Assembly (NCBI GenBank): GCA_030754595.1
Contig: JASLZZ010000102.1
Location: 1-49,997 of the forward strand
Direction: 5' to 3'
DNA from: Nitrospinota bacterium
GTDB lineage: Bacteria; UBA8248
Length of the DNA: 49,997 nucleotides
A program made the position numbers and the translations under genes. The notes below the pieces were generated by a model that ran no database searches, had not been told where the DNA came from, and was given only the letters and a program-made list of their open reading frames with translations. Of this stretch, positions 48,222 through 49,997 are shown piece after piece (position 1 is the first letter of the stretch; every line of letters begins with the position of its first letter).

Positions 48222-48983
48222 GTGTCTGCACTCTCTCCTCTATTTTTGTCCTTCGTGATTGGCGCTCTTTTTTTTGCCGGTTTCGTGAAGGGAACGGCCG
48301 GTTTTGGAATCACCTTGATTGTGGTTCCTGTTCTGGCCCTGGTGATAACCCCGCAAGAGGCGATAGTCCTCAATTCACTTCCCGTTTTGATGATGAACAT
48401 TGCGACGGCGGTATCCACCGCCCGAGAATTTCGCGAGATCAGGCGGATTCGTTGGATGCTTCCCATCGCATTCGTATGCGTGCCCATCGGGGTAAAAGTG
48501 CTAATTTGGGTTGATCCCGAGCCTGTCCGCGCCGTTATAGGTGTCATGATCATCTTTTTCATTATGATGCGATTTTCGGGGTGGAAGCCTCCTCGATTTT
48601 CCGAGGCGGGTCAAAACGCGTTCGGGGCCGGAATGGGCGCTCTCATCGGTTTTATTTTCGGGATGATTATGATGCCGGTGGCGTTCATTATTTTTTATGT
48701 GAACACACTTGGGGTCAAGCGCGAAGCGTTTGTATTTTTGCTCAACACCATCGCGGCGGCCCTGTCGATAATCCAGGTCTCGACATTCGTCTGGCATGGC
48801 TTGTATGCGGCGGGAGCCTGGCGAAACAGTATGCTGATGCTACTGCCGGCGCTGGCCGGTTTGTATATCGGGACACGATTCCGCCGCCGGCTTTCGGAGC
48901 TGATTTTCGAGCGTCTGGTCCTCGGGCTTCTTGGCATCGCCGGCTTTATCTTGATCTTACGTTACGGGGCAGTCCTTTTTTGA
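48222..48983 (+). CDS. Sulfite exporter TauE/SafE family permease
   Basis: AGFVKGTAGFG N-terminal motif; about 8 TM segments. Confidence 0.85.
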   Translation: MSALSPLFLSFVIGALFFAGFVKGTAGFGITLIVVPVLALVITPQEAIVLNSLPVLMMNIATAVSTAREFREIRRIRWMLPIAFVCVPIGVKVLIWVDPEPVRAVIGVMIIFFIMMRFSGWKPPRFSEAGQNAFGAGMGALIGFIFGMIMMPVAFIIFYVNTLGVKREAFVFLLNTIAAALSIIQVSTFVWHGLYAAGAWRNSMLMLLPALAGLYIGTRFRRRLSELIFERLVLGLLGIAGFILILRYGAVLF

Positions 48984-49202
48984 GTGGTCCGGAAAGCGTC
49001 TTGGTGGAGAATCCTCTAGTGGTCCTTTTCCGGGCTGGCAGGATTTTTCGTTATTGATCGTATTCTCGCCGGGGGAGTTCCAACACGGATTCCGTAGCGA
49101 GGCCGGCAGGAAAAATTATGATTAAAATATATTATTGTTCTCATGTTAGTAGTAATGTTCGTCTTTTTTTTGACGTAATTGGGCGATTTTCGTAGAAATT
49201 CC

Positions 49203-49230
49203 TGGACATTTCGGGGTGATCACCTATACT
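49203..49230 (+). promoter_or_regulatory. Putative sigma70 promoter
   Basis: TGGACA-16 nt-TATACT preceded by AT-rich sequence. Confidence 0.4.
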
Positions 49231-49475
49231 CGTTTCATCTGAAAAATAAGGGGGGTATGGAGGAGGAGCGCTCCTTGTGGGGCGGGGCCGAAAGGCCCCG
49301 GTGTGGCTATATGGCCTGATTACAGCCCCCTTCTCTTGAGGCGTGTCGATTCAGCATTCATCGGAGAATCCCTGCCGTCATTCCGCACCTGAAATATTCG
49401 TATCAAGATTCTCTCGGCCGGAAAATCCTCTCCCCAGCGCCGGTTATCAGCGCCTGGGCGTTTGGGGTTCCTTAA

Positions 49476-49504
49476 TTGACAGCCTTGATTCCGGGTGTGA
49501 TTAT
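49476..49504 (+). promoter_or_regulatory. Putative sigma70 promoter of the tRNA cluster
   Basis: TTGACA-17 nt-GATTAT with an extended TG. Confidence 0.45.
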
Positions 49505-49574
49505 CTGGGTGCTTTCGGCTCAGCGGAGGGAAGGTTTCGCTGAGGTTTTTTCATCTTCGCAACAGAGCTCATGA

Positions 49575-49651
<77 letters not shown>

Positions 49652-49667
49652 GAAAATCTGCTGACAT

Positions 49668-49744
49668 GGTGGGTGTAGCTCAGGGGTTAGAGCGCCGGGT
49701 TGTGGCCCCGGAGGTCGGGGGTTCAAATCCCCTCACTCACCCCA
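49668..49744 (+). tRNA. tRNA-His (GUG)
   Basis: G-1 and C73, CCGGG-TT-GTG-GC-CCCGG, TTCAAAT T-loop, CCA end. Confidence 0.96.
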
Positions 49745-49805
49745 GTCAGCGTCGTTTTTTGGGGGACGTATAAAGGTGGTGGAATTCCTGCTTTTGGGAG
49801 CGCAG

Positions 49806-49882
49806 GCGCCTGTAGCTCAATTGGATAGAGCATCGGACTTCGGATCCGAAGGTTGTAGGTTCGAGTCCTACCAGGCGCACCA
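49806..49882 (+). tRNA. tRNA-Arg (UCG)
   Basis: GCGCCTG acceptor stem, TCGGA-CT-TCG-GA-TCCGA, CCA end. Confidence 0.95.
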
Positions 49883-49918
49883 CCTTTCGGGCAGATTCAA
49901 AGAGATTTACAGCGTTTC

Positions 49919-49995
49919 GGATCGCTAGCTCAACTAGGCAGAGCAACGGACTCTTAATCCGTAGGTTCGGGGTTCGATTCCCCGGCGGTCCACCA
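49919..49995 (+). tRNA. tRNA-Lys (CUU)
   Basis: GGATCGC acceptor stem, ACGGA-CT-CTT-AA-TCCGT, CCA end. Confidence 0.95.
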
Positions 49996-49997
49996 GA

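Overview
A mostly GC-rich bacterial chromosomal segment of metabolic and housekeeping genes: oxidoreductases, acyl-CoA dehydrogenases, a ThDP enzyme, hom, addBA-type helicase/nuclease, rpmG-rpmB, tatA, moeA-moeA/PBP-moaA, rph-rdgB and a terminal four-tRNA cluster. The left ~3.9 kb is an AT-richer island remnant at the 3' end of a tRNA-Sec (selC) gene. It holds a beta-repeat protein, a B12-binding radical SAM gene flanked by a diverged duplicate of the repeat gene's 3' end, and two stacked IS3-type left ends. Signals missed by the ORF track: (1) an AhpD-like selenoprotein split at a UGA (CxxU motif) with a SECIS-like hairpin; (2) a Moco-class riboswitch lacking P3 (tungsten-cofactor type) followed by an intrinsic terminator ahead of the moeA operon; (3) rpmG; (4) two single-base frameshifts and one in-frame TAG. 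Other notable items are a degenerate cytochrome-bd-like/cytochrome c membrane pair, a Cys-rich three-repeat secreted protein, tandem 4-Cys small membrane proteins and a tRNA-Arg(UCG). All family calls come from motif recognition by eye; no database searches were run.
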